DNA of 64,000 nucleotides from a virus: IMG/VR virus record IMGVR_UViG_3300046328_000506, positions 1 through 64,000 of that record. One strand, given 5' to 3'. This document shows, in pieces, positions 18,801 to 27,016 of this stretch; position 1 is the stretch's first letter; each line of letters begins with the position of its first letter. The notes below the pieces were generated by a model that worked only from the letters and a program-made list of their open reading frames with translations, did no database searches and had not been told where the DNA came from. Position numbers and translations under genes: made by a program.

Positions 18801-21800
18801 TGTTTCTTCTTAATGCAAAATCATTAAATATTGCAGTTAAGTGTAAAGCATCTTTTTCAGATAATGTAGCTTTTACAGCAGGAGTTAATACATATAGTTC
18901 TTGTGCGTAAAGAAGCTTGCCTGAATTTTTAAATTTTTCAGGATTATCAGTAATAAACTTTTCAACATTGATAGCTCCATTTGCAGGTATTCTTATCTTA
19001 ACTTTGTTAGTAGTTTCACTATCGGCAAATGATAAAATGTATCCCCCAATATCAAATATAGCTTTCTCCCCACCTAAGTTATTATTTGTGAATAAGTTAA
19101 ATAGTTTGTTTACTAAACCAAATAAATTATTCTTACCCTCAGATTTAACTTTCTCATTATCTAATTTTGATAATTCAGTTTGTAATGCTTGGTAGTATGA
19201 GAAGAATGATTTATCAATTAAACTATCTTTAATATGACCATTTTCAGTTACATTTACTTCTGGTTTATAATCAAATATGTTCTCTTGATAATCTTCTTCG
19301 CCAGTTTTACTTTTTTGTCTTGTTAAGAAATACTCAAATATTTCTTCATCTGTTGTTTGCTTACCTTTAAATTCTGTAAGAGTAGTATCTTCTAACTTAT
19401 CTCCAGAATGTTGCTTTACAAGTAAGTTAGATACAATCTTATAATCATCAAATGATAGATTAGTTTTACCAAGAATAACCATAGAGATATTCTTAGTATT
19501 CATCATATTATTTAACTCTTGTTGTATCATCTCGTCAGTAGCACCTTTCATGTTTACTACAGTCTTGATATAGCCATCTAATTCATTACCATCTATACCA
19601 TGACCAATAAACATTACAGTATTACCAGCTATACCTTTTCCACTACCTGTACCACTACCATAGTTATAATCAGAGTTAGGAATACGTAAAGTATCTACTT
19701 GTGATGCTCTTACTTGATATAGTCTACTATATCCATAATTTCTTTCCTCTAAATATTTCTTATAATCACCAAGAGTTTTATCCCCAACACCTTCTCCTTC
19801 GGAACTATATGAAGGATTTTTAAAGTCTTTGATTTTTAAAGTACCAAATGTTAATCCATCAGTTTGTTTAGCTGTTTGTAATGCTTTACTAAACTGTTTG
19901 AATAAATCATCTTTATATTTTTCATCTTTAAATATTCTATCTTTTGATGAAGTATTAAAAATTTCTCCTTCGGCAGCACCTTTATTCTTCCTTACTACAC
20001 CTAATTCAATTGCAGGTTTATTTGGTTCCATATATTCAATTACATACACATTTTTTGCAAACTCGCTATCTTTACTTGTTTCATTATTGTAAATGATTAC
20101 GTGCTCGTGTGCTTTCTTGTAAGTTAATCTAAATGTACCATTACCATTATATTGAATATCACGTAAAGACACTCCTTTAAAATGTATAGGTGTTAAATCA
20201 AATGATTTTTTATCACGTAAAAATAACTTATTAATGTATTGGTTCTTAGTCTTTATTGCTTCAAGTTCAGCTTGTTCTTGTGATAGATTTAGTGCTTTAG
20301 CTATATCTGTTACATACTCTTTTGATAATGCATGAGAATGAAGTATTAAAGAGTTATTATCTAAAAACTTACTTACAATAGCATTAGCGTTAGCAAGTGA
20401 TATTTTCTTTAAGTATTCTCTATATAAAGCTCTAAACTCAGCTATTACTCTTTTCAAATAATCAATTCTACTTTCGTCTTTTCTAATTGGTAAAAGATTA
20501 ATAGATACTTTTTCAGGAATTTCGTCTCCATTTTCTTCCATAGTAAATTCACCAGACAATACTGATTTCCCATTAGAAACAGCATTGTTTAGCATATCCA
20601 TTATATTTATACTCCCTTTATTTATCTCTGTAAAAGAGTTATCAACCGCTTTTAACAGTTCTTGTTTTTTAGCAGTTAAATTATCTATTTCTTGTTGTAA
20701 CTTTTCTTTTTCTTTCTTTAATATATCAACATCAGCAGTTTTAGTCGTAGCTAATGTAGATAATTTCTTTTGTACTTCATCAAGTTCTACAATTTTTTCA
20801 GCAGTAACTATGTCTTCATCAGCTATAATTTCCTTAGCTTCTTGTTGTAATGCTTTTGAACTATCTATAAACTTTTGACTTTCTTCATCAATTTTATTTA
20901 TTTCCTCAGCTTCTTTTTGTTGTACTGCTTTATCGTTAGTAACTTTTGCTTGTGATTGAACTACTGAATATAAGTTTTGATTTACTGTTGGTTTAGCATC
21001 AACAATTAATCTTTGCATCATTTCAACTACTTGCTCAGGTGTGTATTCTGTACCTGTCTTGTGGTCAATGAATTGTAAAGTGTCTTTATTGAAGTTTACA
21101 ACTAATTCTACAGTATTATCTTTACCATGATTTATAGTTAAGTTAGTAAATGAACCTACTGTATCACTTGGTGTATAATTCTCAACTAATGTATCTACTG
21201 TTAAAGATTGAACACCATTATAATCAACACTAATTTTATCTTTTACTACAACACCATTTTGCTTTACATTTTTTATTGTAGCTTCTATTTTAGAAACTTC
21301 ACCTTCGTTACCTTTTTCTTTATTTAAATTTGTTTTTACGGCATTTAAAGCTTCAATAGTTTCTTCTGCTGTATTTAATCCTGTTTCAGTTACTTGTTCT
21401 GCAACATTTATATTTTCTTCTATTGGTGTTTTTGGTTCGGCAGTAGTTTCTGTTTCTATTGTAGGGTCTACTTCTTCTGCTACTTCATCTGGTTGTGCTT
21501 CATTATTTATTTCAGTATCTAAACCATAGTTACCAGCAATAGATGATACAATATCTTTAATAAACTCATTTCTTTCACCCCTTAACTTTCTAAGTTGTTC
21601 TTGTCTTTCTTTATTTGGCTCTGTTTCTTCATCAGCATATTTAAACAGTTCTTTCTTTGATAGCCTTCTATTAGATTCTTCTCCACCATTTGTCACTAAC
21701 GATACATAATCAATAGCTCTTGTTGTAGCTACTCTTACTGCTCTTAAATATACAGTTGTATCTGGGAATGTTGCACCCTCTGTAATATTAGCATAAATGA

Positions 21801-24800
21801 ATTTTCTTTGACTACCTTGTGAATCATCTACAGTTCTTACTAAAGTAGACAACATAGCGTTGTCTATATCTTGCTCAGGATGTTTACTTCTTATTTGTTT
21901 TACAATAGCATCTACTTGGTCTTTTGTAGAAACTATATACATTAAATCATTTACAGAAGTTAAACCAGATTTATCATTTACAGCTTGCTCTAAGTGTGTA
22001 AAGAATTGTTTTTCTTGTGTAGATTGATTTTGATATTCTATACCAGCATTATCAGATAAATTTGTTGGGTCAGAATAATACTCTATACCATTTGTTTTAG
22101 TAGGAAGTTTATTAGATTTATTCTTAGTACCTAATTTAATACCCCCAACTAATGCTTGTTGTAATAAGTTAAATGTTAAGTAAGAAGTTCTGTATGTTTG
22201 CTCTAACTCATCAGTATAAATCTTTTTAACTTCTACGTTTTGTATAAAAGGGTGAAAAGATATTTTTCTATCTCCACTATTATTTTTACCAATTAACTGT
22301 GTACTATCCCCAAGTAGTAATAGTTTTAGTTTTGGAGTTCTATCTTTGTTGTATTTAATTAGGGCTTTGTTTAAAGCATTTGCTTCATCTGAATTAGCAA
22401 TAGTTCCTTCGTCAATTAATAATAACTCTGAATCAATTGTCTTAGTATCAAGTAGATTTATTATTTCAGCAATAGTATTTTCTTTAAATGGAATACTATT
22501 TTTAGTTAAAGTATTTGCTAAGTTATTACGTTGGGTAATATTTGGGGCAGAGATTGTTGTATTAGCAATATTAGTTAAAGCTAATATTTTAGTAATCATT
22601 TGAGTTTTACCACTACCTGCCATACCTGAAACATTCAATATAAATGAGTTCCAAGTCTTTTCAAATAATGCTTTTTCCGTAGCTTTTTCTAAACTATTTT
22701 TAACTTTACCAAAATTATTTCTATTAGAGTTAATGTAGCCATATACTTGCTTTAATACATTTTCCTGTTCTAATGATGGTAAGAAGTTATCTTTTGTATC
22801 AGTTAAATATTTTTTATTGTACGCTTTGTAAAACTCATTAGTTGGGTAACTAAAGATAGTTTCTAATGTACCAAAGTTTGGTAATAGTGTAGAACTAGAT
22901 TGAGTTTTCACAGAATCAATAAAACTTTCCCACAAAGATTTTTTACTATTATCTTCTTTGTATTGCTCTAATATCTCAACATATAAGTTTTGTACTTCTT
23001 TATCTGTAAAGCTATCGTACAAAAAGTTCTCTAAATCTACGTAAAGTAATGTTGCATTTTTAACTCCTACTTTACCCGATTGTGTTGCTAAGGTTATTGC
23101 TACTTCAATAGCAACAACTCTTTTACTAACTTCTTCAAATAGATTTATAGTCTTTGCATCATCAGCAAATACTCTTCTATCTGTCGTAAGATTAGTTTTA
23201 GCATTAGCAACTGATTTTTTAAGTACATTTACAATACTATTAGAAATGTGATTTACTTTCTTCTTAATAGTTTGTAATCTAATATCATCGTCTTCTTTAA
23301 ATCTATCTTTACCTAAATCTTGTTTGATAGATTTAATTGTACTAATTTTAGTTTGTAAATCATCTAACTTCTTAGTTACAGCTTCAAACGCTTTTTCAGA
23401 AAGTTCTTTTAACTCATTCTTACTTTCAATATTAGCCTCTTTAAGTAACTCATTATTCAAAGTATAGTTTAGATTTAACATAAACCTATTTTGAATAATA
23501 GCATCTTCCCAAGATTTTATTCTATCATTTGCAAGTTGTTCTATTGCAGGGTCTTTTGCTTGTGCCTGTTTAAAGTACAAATCAACTGTATTAGATAAAC
23601 CTGTCGCAGATAAATCGCTTTCACCATTAAATTGAACTGAGCCCATCAATTCCTCTTCAACATCATCTATTTCAGTTTTAGTATCTTCATCATTAGGTTC
23701 TACTTTCTCAACTGATTTGATTAGTTTATTTAATCCCGCAAGTCTATCATATTCTTCTTGCAACTCTTGTGGTAAATCAATTCCTTCTAAATTATCTACA
23801 TCAATATCCTCATAATCAGGATTTAATGTAACAAGATTATTGTAAAGACTATCACTTAATTCTGTTTTTGCAGTATTTAATTCATCTAAAAAGTTTTTCT
23901 TACTTGCAGATTTAGGGGAATTTACTAACATAGATTTTAGCAAATCTTCCCCCTCCAATAAAACTTCATCAAGAGTTCTATCGGCAATCTTAAAGTCTTT
24001 TAATTTCGTGTTTAATTGCCCTACAATCTCTCCTTTTTGTAAGGTAGTAGTTTTGTATTCGCCAATGGTTTTCTTACGCTTAGAATTGAATTGTGTGAGT
24101 TTCTTGGTATCTACTTTCTCCCAATCATTCTCTCTTAATAGCAAGTTATTTTTAATCCACTCTTGCTCTTGTATATCATTTGTTAAGCCAACTATTGCTT
24201 CCCAACCATCTGTACCTTTATAGTTTTCGTATAGTCTCTTTTTATCTAACTTTGATAAGACAGCACCTTGTTGTACTTGGTGTTTTAATAGATTACCATT
24301 ATAAATATCTTTTACTTTGTTTTTTAAAGCACTTTGTTTTAATAATAAATTACTAATTTCAGATAATTTTGCAAGAGTTGGTTGGTTTATAGCATACTCA
24401 CCATCTACTTGCTTTTTAGTATCAATAATTGATTTATCTAATTGCTGTATTCTATTTTCAATCTCCACTACTCTTTCGTAAGAACTCTCTGGATTGATTG
24501 TATCTAATTCATTTTCTAAATCTTGCTTTTCTTTTTGTAATCTATACAGTTTACCATAACCACTTTTTAATACAGTAGCTTCTAAGTTATTAGATTTTAA
24601 TATTTCATCATCTACTTGTTTATCAAACATTAATTGCTTGTCATTTGTAGATAATGTAGCTTGGTCTTTACCTGCAATTCTTGCTTCAATTTCTTTATTT
24701 CTATCTTCATAAGACTTATTAAACAAATCTAAATCTGTTTGGCTAAATAAGTCTTTATTAGTATCTTGTGATTGTATATTCTTTATTTGTTCCTCAGTTC

Positions 24801-26997
24801 TCTTTAGTTCCCCAAAGTTATACAACGCAGCACCTTGTGGGTTTGAAGAGTTACCCAATTCATTGAGGTAATTCTTTGCTTGGTCTGAGGTTAATTGATT
24901 TTTAGATAAAGCATCTTTAATACCTGATTTTTCATACAAATCATAATATGCTTCAATTTTATCTTTTGAAGTTTTATAGTTTGCATAATTTTCAGTATCT
25001 TCTTTATCTTCTTGTGTAGCTAATGACTGGTCTTTTGTATATCTGGTATTGCCTAATACACCTTTGTTTTTTAAATCTTCACCAGTCTTAATTAAATCAT
25101 CTTTTCCGTTAGGATTTTGTAAGATATAATCAATAATAGCATTATCTTGATTTTGAATAGCTTTATCTCTATTCCTAATTTTATAGTTTCTATACCCAGT
25201 TGTAGAAGCTGTACCAATAGCTGAAATGCCAAATGTATCTGCTGCATTATCAAATATTTCCTTCCAAGATTTCTTAGCAAAAGCATTACTACCATCAGCC
25301 ATTGACTTAATAAATCTTTCTTCTCTCTCATTACTTGTTACAAATCCATCAAATACTTCATTGTATTTCTTATAGATTTTATTATCAAAGAAATAATCTC
25401 GGTATGTTGCTTGTAATCCTTCTTGAATCAATTCTTCTGTAGTTTCTTCAACTGCTTCATCAATACCTTGTTGTGCAGTCTTAGCCATCCAAGCTGATTC
25501 AGGTATTGCGTTCCACTTTTTGTGAGCATATTTTACTACATCTCCAATTTTACCTAATGAAAATTTAGCGGATTTAGTTGCAGCATCACCAATTACTTTT
25601 GCGCTTTCTTGTTCAGTTAATTCTCTACCCAATTGTTTTGCGTACAAATCTTTGGCTTTTAGAGAATCTTCTACAACTTTCTTAAATACTTTTTCTTGCA
25701 TCCATTTTGGAGAAATAGATTTTGTTATTCTATTCATCCAATCACCACTCATTAACTTACTTAAACCTGTCGCTACTACACCCATAGCTGCACCAGCCAC
25801 AGCACTTTCTCTTTCTGTAAATCCTGATTGTAATGCAGTTTCATACATCCCTTCTGCTGTAGTTACTCCTGCATATCCTAATCCTAACATTGGATTTACA
25901 GCAGTCAAAGCTACTTGTGGTATAAACGAAGCCATAAATCCACTATAAGCAGATGTGAAGTTTGCAAATGAATCAAATGCTCCCCCTTGTTGGTCTAAGT
26001 TTTTATTAGACTGAATGTTATATCCAAAATCTGTAAATGCTTTACCTAACTTAGATTGTGATGTATTTTTGTTATCCCAAGCAGCACCTAACCAGCTATC
26101 TCCTGTAAAAAATGAATTATCAATTACGTATCCTGTAGCTTTACTCAACCCACTTATTGCATCACTTGCTATATCAACAGGCACATCAAACATTCCACCT
26201 GCAACAGAATCAAAGTGAGATACACCCCAAGCTGATTTTTTATTTACAACTTTTCGTGAATCTTCCCCTTTATCTAAAGGTACAAGAATTGGCTGTCCTG
26301 TATTTTTATCAAATCTATAAGTTCTTGCTGTATCCCAACCTAAATCATCTGGATGAAAGTCTTCTAATACGGGAGTACCATCTTCGTTATATTTTAAATC
26401 TCCCGTTTTTTCATCATATACCCCACGTTTTCTTTGTTTTGTAGCGTTCTTTTTAGCTACTTCATAATAATCTTCTACCTTAGCATATAAACCAGAATTA
26501 GTATCTTGTTTAAATTCAGATTCTATTACTGTATTATATGGTGTACTTCCATCTTCTACTGCACCAGCATTTCTCCATTCTAAACCTGTACCTTTTACAG
26601 ATTCAGGTCTCATATCTATATTACCAACATTTACATCAAATCCATTTTTCCTATTGATATAAGAATCTGGAATAACAAGTGAATTGTTATTAGCAGAAAA
26701 TTCCGATTGACTATATTTCCTATAACCATTATTAGCTTTTTGCCATAAATCTGTAATAGACTTTTCATTATATGGCATACCTAATTCTTCAGCACGTTTC
26801 TTACTTCCTTTCTTAACTTGTTCTAAGGTAGGTAGGAATAATTCTGTTGAAGGATTTTGGTTTAAGTGCTGGTATAAATCAGCATTAGCTCTATCTATAC
26901 TTTTTACTCCATCACTATTTGCAAAGTAACTGAAGTAATCATACTTGTTTTCTGGTTGAAATAATTTATCGTCTACTGGTTTTTTTTCTATTGGCAT
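9823..26997 (-). CDS. giant virion RNA polymerase polyprotein (5724 aa): SF1 helicase-like + zincin + two-barrel RNAP
   Basis: TRIP...GSDNDGD catalytic-type loop (12679-12699), IDG, DNAK motifs; HEAVH (17818-17832); GMAGSGKT/LLIDE/LGDSTQ/TVDDSQG/VATTRA helicase motifs (21715-22626). Confidence 0.85.
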   Translation of the reverse strand: MPIEKKPVDDKLFQPENKYDYFSYFANSDGVKSIDRANADLYQHLNQNPSTELFLPTLEQVKKGSKKRAEELGMPYNEKSITDLWQKANNGYRKYSQSEFSANNNSLVIPDSYINRKNGFDVNVGNIDMRPESVKGTGLEWRNAGAVEDGSTPYNTVIESEFKQDTNSGLYAKVEDYYEVAKKNATKQRKRGVYDEKTGDLKYNEDGTPVLEDFHPDDLGWDTARTYRFDKNTGQPILVPLDKGEDSRKVVNKKSAWGVSHFDSVAGGMFDVPVDIASDAISGLSKATGYVIDNSFFTGDSWLGAAWDNKNTSQSKLGKAFTDFGYNIQSNKNLDQQGGAFDSFANFTSAYSGFMASFIPQVALTAVNPMLGLGYAGVTTAEGMYETALQSGFTERESAVAGAAMGVVATGLSKLMSGDWMNRITKSISPKWMQEKVFKKVVEDSLKAKDLYAKQLGRELTEQESAKVIGDAATKSAKFSLGKIGDVVKYAHKKWNAIPESAWMAKTAQQGIDEAVEETTEELIQEGLQATYRDYFFDNKIYKKYNEVFDGFVTSNEREERFIKSMADGSNAFAKKSWKEIFDNAADTFGISAIGTASTTGYRNYKIRNRDKAIQNQDNAIIDYILQNPNGKDDLIKTGEDLKNKGVLGNTRYTKDQSLATQEDKEDTENYANYKTSKDKIEAYYDLYEKSGIKDALSKNQLTSDQAKNYLNELGNSSNPQGAALYNFGELKRTEEQIKNIQSQDTNKDLFSQTDLDLFNKSYEDRNKEIEARIAGKDQATLSTNDKQLMFDKQVDDEILKSNNLEATVLKSGYGKLYRLQKEKQDLENELDTINPESSYERVVEIENRIQQLDKSIIDTKKQVDGEYAINQPTLAKLSEISNLLLKQSALKNKVKDIYNGNLLKHQVQQGAVLSKLDKKRLYENYKGTDGWEAIVGLTNDIQEQEWIKNNLLLRENDWEKVDTKKLTQFNSKRKKTIGEYKTTTLQKGEIVGQLNTKLKDFKIADRTLDEVLLEGEDLLKSMLVNSPKSASKKNFLDELNTAKTELSDSLYNNLVTLNPDYEDIDVDNLEGIDLPQELQEEYDRLAGLNKLIKSVEKVEPNDEDTKTEIDDVEEELMGSVQFNGESDLSATGLSNTVDLYFKQAQAKDPAIEQLANDRIKSWEDAIIQNRFMLNLNYTLNNELLKEANIESKNELKELSEKAFEAVTKKLDDLQTKISTIKSIKQDLGKDRFKEDDDIRLQTIKKKVNHISNSIVNVLKKSVANAKTNLTTDRRVFADDAKTINLFEEVSKRVVAIEVAITLATQSGKVGVKNATLLYVDLENFLYDSFTDKEVQNLYVEILEQYKEDNSKKSLWESFIDSVKTQSSSTLLPNFGTLETIFSYPTNEFYKAYNKKYLTDTKDNFLPSLEQENVLKQVYGYINSNRNNFGKVKNSLEKATEKALFEKTWNSFILNVSGMAGSGKTQMITKILALTNIANTTISAPNITQRNNLANTLTKNSIPFKENTIAEIINLLDTKTIDSELLLIDEGTIANSDEANALNKALIKYNKDRTPKLKLLLLGDSTQLIGKNNSGDRKISFHPFIQNVEVKKIYTDELEQTYRTSYLTFNLLQQALVGGIKLGTKNKSNKLPTKTNGIEYYSDPTNLSDNAGIEYQNQSTQEKQFFTHLEQAVNDKSGLTSVNDLMYIVSTKDQVDAIVKQIRSKHPEQDIDNAMLSTLVRTVDDSQGSQRKFIYANITEGATFPDTTVYLRAVRVATTRAIDYVSLVTNGGEESNRRLSKKELFKYADEETEPNKERQEQLRKLRGERNEFIKDIVSSIAGNYGLDTEINNEAQPDEVAEEVDPTIETETTAEPKTPIEENINVAEQVTETGLNTAEETIEALNAVKTNLNKEKGNEGEVSKIEATIKNVKQNGVVVKDKISVDYNGVQSLTVDTLVENYTPSDTVGSFTNLTINHGKDNTVELVVNFNKDTLQFIDHKTGTEYTPEQVVEMMQRLIVDAKPTVNQNLYSVVQSQAKVTNDKAVQQKEAEEINKIDEESQKFIDSSKALQQEAKEIIADEDIVTAEKIVELDEVQKKLSTLATTKTADVDILKKEKEKLQQEIDNLTAKKQELLKAVDNSFTEINKGSINIMDMLNNAVSNGKSVLSGEFTMEENGDEIPEKVSINLLPIRKDESRIDYLKRVIAEFRALYREYLKKISLANANAIVSKFLDNNSLILHSHALSKEYVTDIAKALNLSQEQAELEAIKTKNQYINKLFLRDKKSFDLTPIHFKGVSLRDIQYNGNGTFRLTYKKAHEHVIIYNNETSKDSEFAKNVYVIEYMEPNKPAIELGVVRKNKGAAEGEIFNTSSKDRIFKDEKYKDDLFKQFSKALQTAKQTDGLTFGTLKIKDFKNPSYSSEGEGVGDKTLGDYKKYLEERNYGYSRLYQVRASQVDTLRIPNSDYNYGSGTGSGKGIAGNTVMFIGHGIDGNELDGYIKTVVNMKGATDEMIQQELNNMMNTKNISMVILGKTNLSFDDYKIVSNLLVKQHSGDKLEDTTLTEFKGKQTTDEEIFEYFLTRQKSKTGEEDYQENIFDYKPEVNVTENGHIKDSLIDKSFFSYYQALQTELSKLDNEKVKSEGKNNLFGLVNKLFNLFTNNNLGGEKAIFDIGGYILSFADSETTNKVKIRIPANGAINVEKFITDNPEKFKNSGKLLYAQELYVLTPAVKATLSEKDALHLTAIFNDFALRRNKRDNEGKQIGYYGEVNPDGEKGFKRDFNPKYRYDLIHYLSTILGDEQAKKMWANDDTNTTNYKIDQQTRGKVFGSVKLGTLETHEKPFVLVPFQNDKDKDGKTQMSTVLDRVYRTKSLSKPYPTFLVDIDSLIPEENKKKPAALKKEPVKAQTKPVVNTPTKVEVEPTQSTQELQEELNTISVVKKTRINAITTENVGKSKDEIKKAVQNDKELADLNTRIKQIDKLLNPEKYTEPTLNLNTGNPNFVTNKLDATNRLRNLFGATTLQINFNNEQLQKDLEAGIITQAEYDFHSDPDKVLGYVYKNVIALNEFNGLVDSETVSHEAVHYVLKAVSPQFRKNVINEGRTKFNMFTQTEREVEEKLAQWYGKTYPTYQETNTSILRGLPLAIRRLYVGMREIYLNIRKRLINDSNYVNELFNTLESGIYRDFDVKEYSDDVVIDTALNNKGKRIKAYQSLYKVFSGDGTSNEINLEIANLMQRRKLYDFQYGINDDFQLDLSEAIDKLKGERLEEYKEVVDRVKAEAKQLHIDTFSEAPTEEELEEDTQLALSKLNINDDYEKADARLHLLFTPVKVELEDGVLEDIIPFDTIVLYNYPTVTNEGLYSDNELTKEGDVEVKGKEFHLLDRNKEATESDILIQHLVNTPLYIKETVQEGKTVKETWKKTNGYVDLMQGKSVLNEVFKKAKNSSKNIDPTYDEILKSFEEVVNNTAFKRGSAAFSLFVKFFAPKTFLGETIGNTNNSFYSVVAENSLGEQGVNEVINDSYKEKLSNVLSELYSFYGSTVKRLALNLDIKEGVIEEGKATTLFADLKAITKGKLINHLYTNENGLTPKKSTIAEFQKTGIKIINRPTESNITGKKDAYYLTYNNTPVVKLEIIDKATQNNAEVQENKTSYTIKGTLIPEMLTNDKLPNYLSDMLDKLGVSLPLDLVKEALLKKDNNYNATIGKVLGFSYTQFIADLIGEYSTEATSLYDTNDTVINLINNPSLLQLKENLSFGDDTVNEKSNRRSPVMEYQDVERLASLYEQVIPKMEKEFTKTADGDTKHLNLDNNTQHKAQSLLFKIKNKFFSGEVLDLTAEETNAKVISNSFYKNPLLTGEIDFDEDSIKELNVITNPETGEKMQIVDASVFEQAKIYMEELFVKPLIASKGTSYYAQTVPKSDKATQFVKKIKGDKLLVKFTNDDLLTEKVGKMVDSDLNYFYNQFLPRVENFAKLLVKNQIDSKLYKEVQKLRLKNMSVLTEKQLSTFETLLSKLAKDNKSLLQKSDIKIGFDIAKDYSLHKNIKSIFNGKNKAEITANKINELKDTILKDAREIVKSGYNFIGADLIEKLVEKKLYTNAEFTDLAAFSKKNPTEVVGYNLKRNILKPLIVNGVETQVATEVINPILLDFLTSSVVNGYFIDEAYHGHRFNYKDLVDEIKRAIFLSTNYKTPDLNNPNGLSRFSNIATIEEPFLKKDIYDNAERYKGFTETKDAETKQKVVTPTTLKKSTAPLQTAVIVNALVNEDVDAKLDIDIELIDGLGFMTPLHDNLEQNSYGNKFQDKSQRKNIAGGLFSPKLIKNSYSKLTNELLELGNEYVYNYVEKTLGGTNSPLFQKWNELDRDWDKLTDWFNAINPDTGLQNKNNEAIPEQVIEFDGVTITEPAKTYEDLHTGLLITPKSSKISPNKVNNQFDEDWNRDKIDNRMGGFVISLYQSPVESDIAMITQENYIFSLLGKNYQTTKEIYDTIGNLAEQGLITLDKKSGSFILPENETEKAAAIKSTKEKWFKDKLADILRNMGNISNTLLFATNNIDSSHPLLRNSMYGAIASAIKSFTVKQRFKGFRGTVSNSTGLVNMYNVEVNGKTERMSKKELVRRKFAKLNDRYQLEFKEGVNIEVDELAFTRITEIATGKLLDDKQVKEFIKHLKNYELSAVSKQIVDDTKDLYKVEPMEIMVSRKALSQFEIPEKTTFGEVNNIDWFTAKYQKIFKGKPISSDIIMDKAVEEFELWKLATQPKLTRIPVTGYNSVQMTKIVEFYDSQDNTVLVPSELTLIAGSDNDGDMVTLEFYDTNRKDTPERAIRRTMFNAKKRALLDPFNIRTLFSPINFEKLKERKQALEQRQSDSYKMGFNSPVSKMIVQKNNNDGKAGVGIFVKLSEVYYNMYRIAKTLKDSGVVNADKFNQPIYFNGKVYDSILGGARTENGEVVDGYTSTVSSFPISKEKLKEEFDADTTLTPIEKSAYKIKVDTNQPIAGYRLQNGEYFREELILVNKILENYSNASLDNAKEALLGWLNVNEKTWNLFGGAIVAQIDEEDMTNLMVHPYTLGLIKSLNAKNSIFSKSDKKLSLDSLLKLYLFKKDKIQKLVDENGEEIKRDTDGSVQLESTDNAGNATVETLNWGFNLYTKSEIEKAIRERVLEKMGNFRDTLQGTDEEIEKAVAKEIRRRTKEEKLESESEFETISSYLKSTNANPVSLTAKLEDLTDEEKKNTKKYVFASLYQLQQLGSEVMKSNGILRTLQGTSGNEYNNIRLLESTLSTLGYTGNIDEAVVQLETELLNNTDSDSITEVIEEDSAKLFSPRKLVAYNNFVKQAIKGIIYDYKIKKGMFIHKLPQVSETFDKIRNKADTVYNKFKSEGAYKSLEKEFDKFLIAKYLGGYKNSLSEVQGFRWLNELRKLDLSKTNHRYKFIKYLPKFLEEIRNGDNKLKNDKFVVENIQTDSLDNMITLELSNATALTPETKNLINVRYNNLSSYGALGQAFKQALFLQTLISKTHNLGKGSFAEVMSVDVNTNYSDFLKNQLEEYKGKDSTLDTDLALFEEQYYLFNPDKTYSARHNVQFGESSKIRAQLYINSEAEIMNSLTVDKFLEGVYTNSKDKIRNDLPKFINYTYVKKYEEKNRYVSVLYKLSDDKSTYNRVFTAGLKSINSYATNADKIAMSLYPIYNTIEFEETADLEGVQNKIAEINQYATTNNLTGKKELMFTGGVKLDIANEIDNTDLNDKLMELGIVTTKCEA

Positions 26998-27016
26998 TTG
27001 ATTTATGTTTTATAAA

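Noticed and set aside
19630-19662. GSGTGSGKG in the giant protein as a second P-loop
   Set aside because: No preceding hydrophobic strand, no GK[ST], no Walker B; likely a Gly-rich loop
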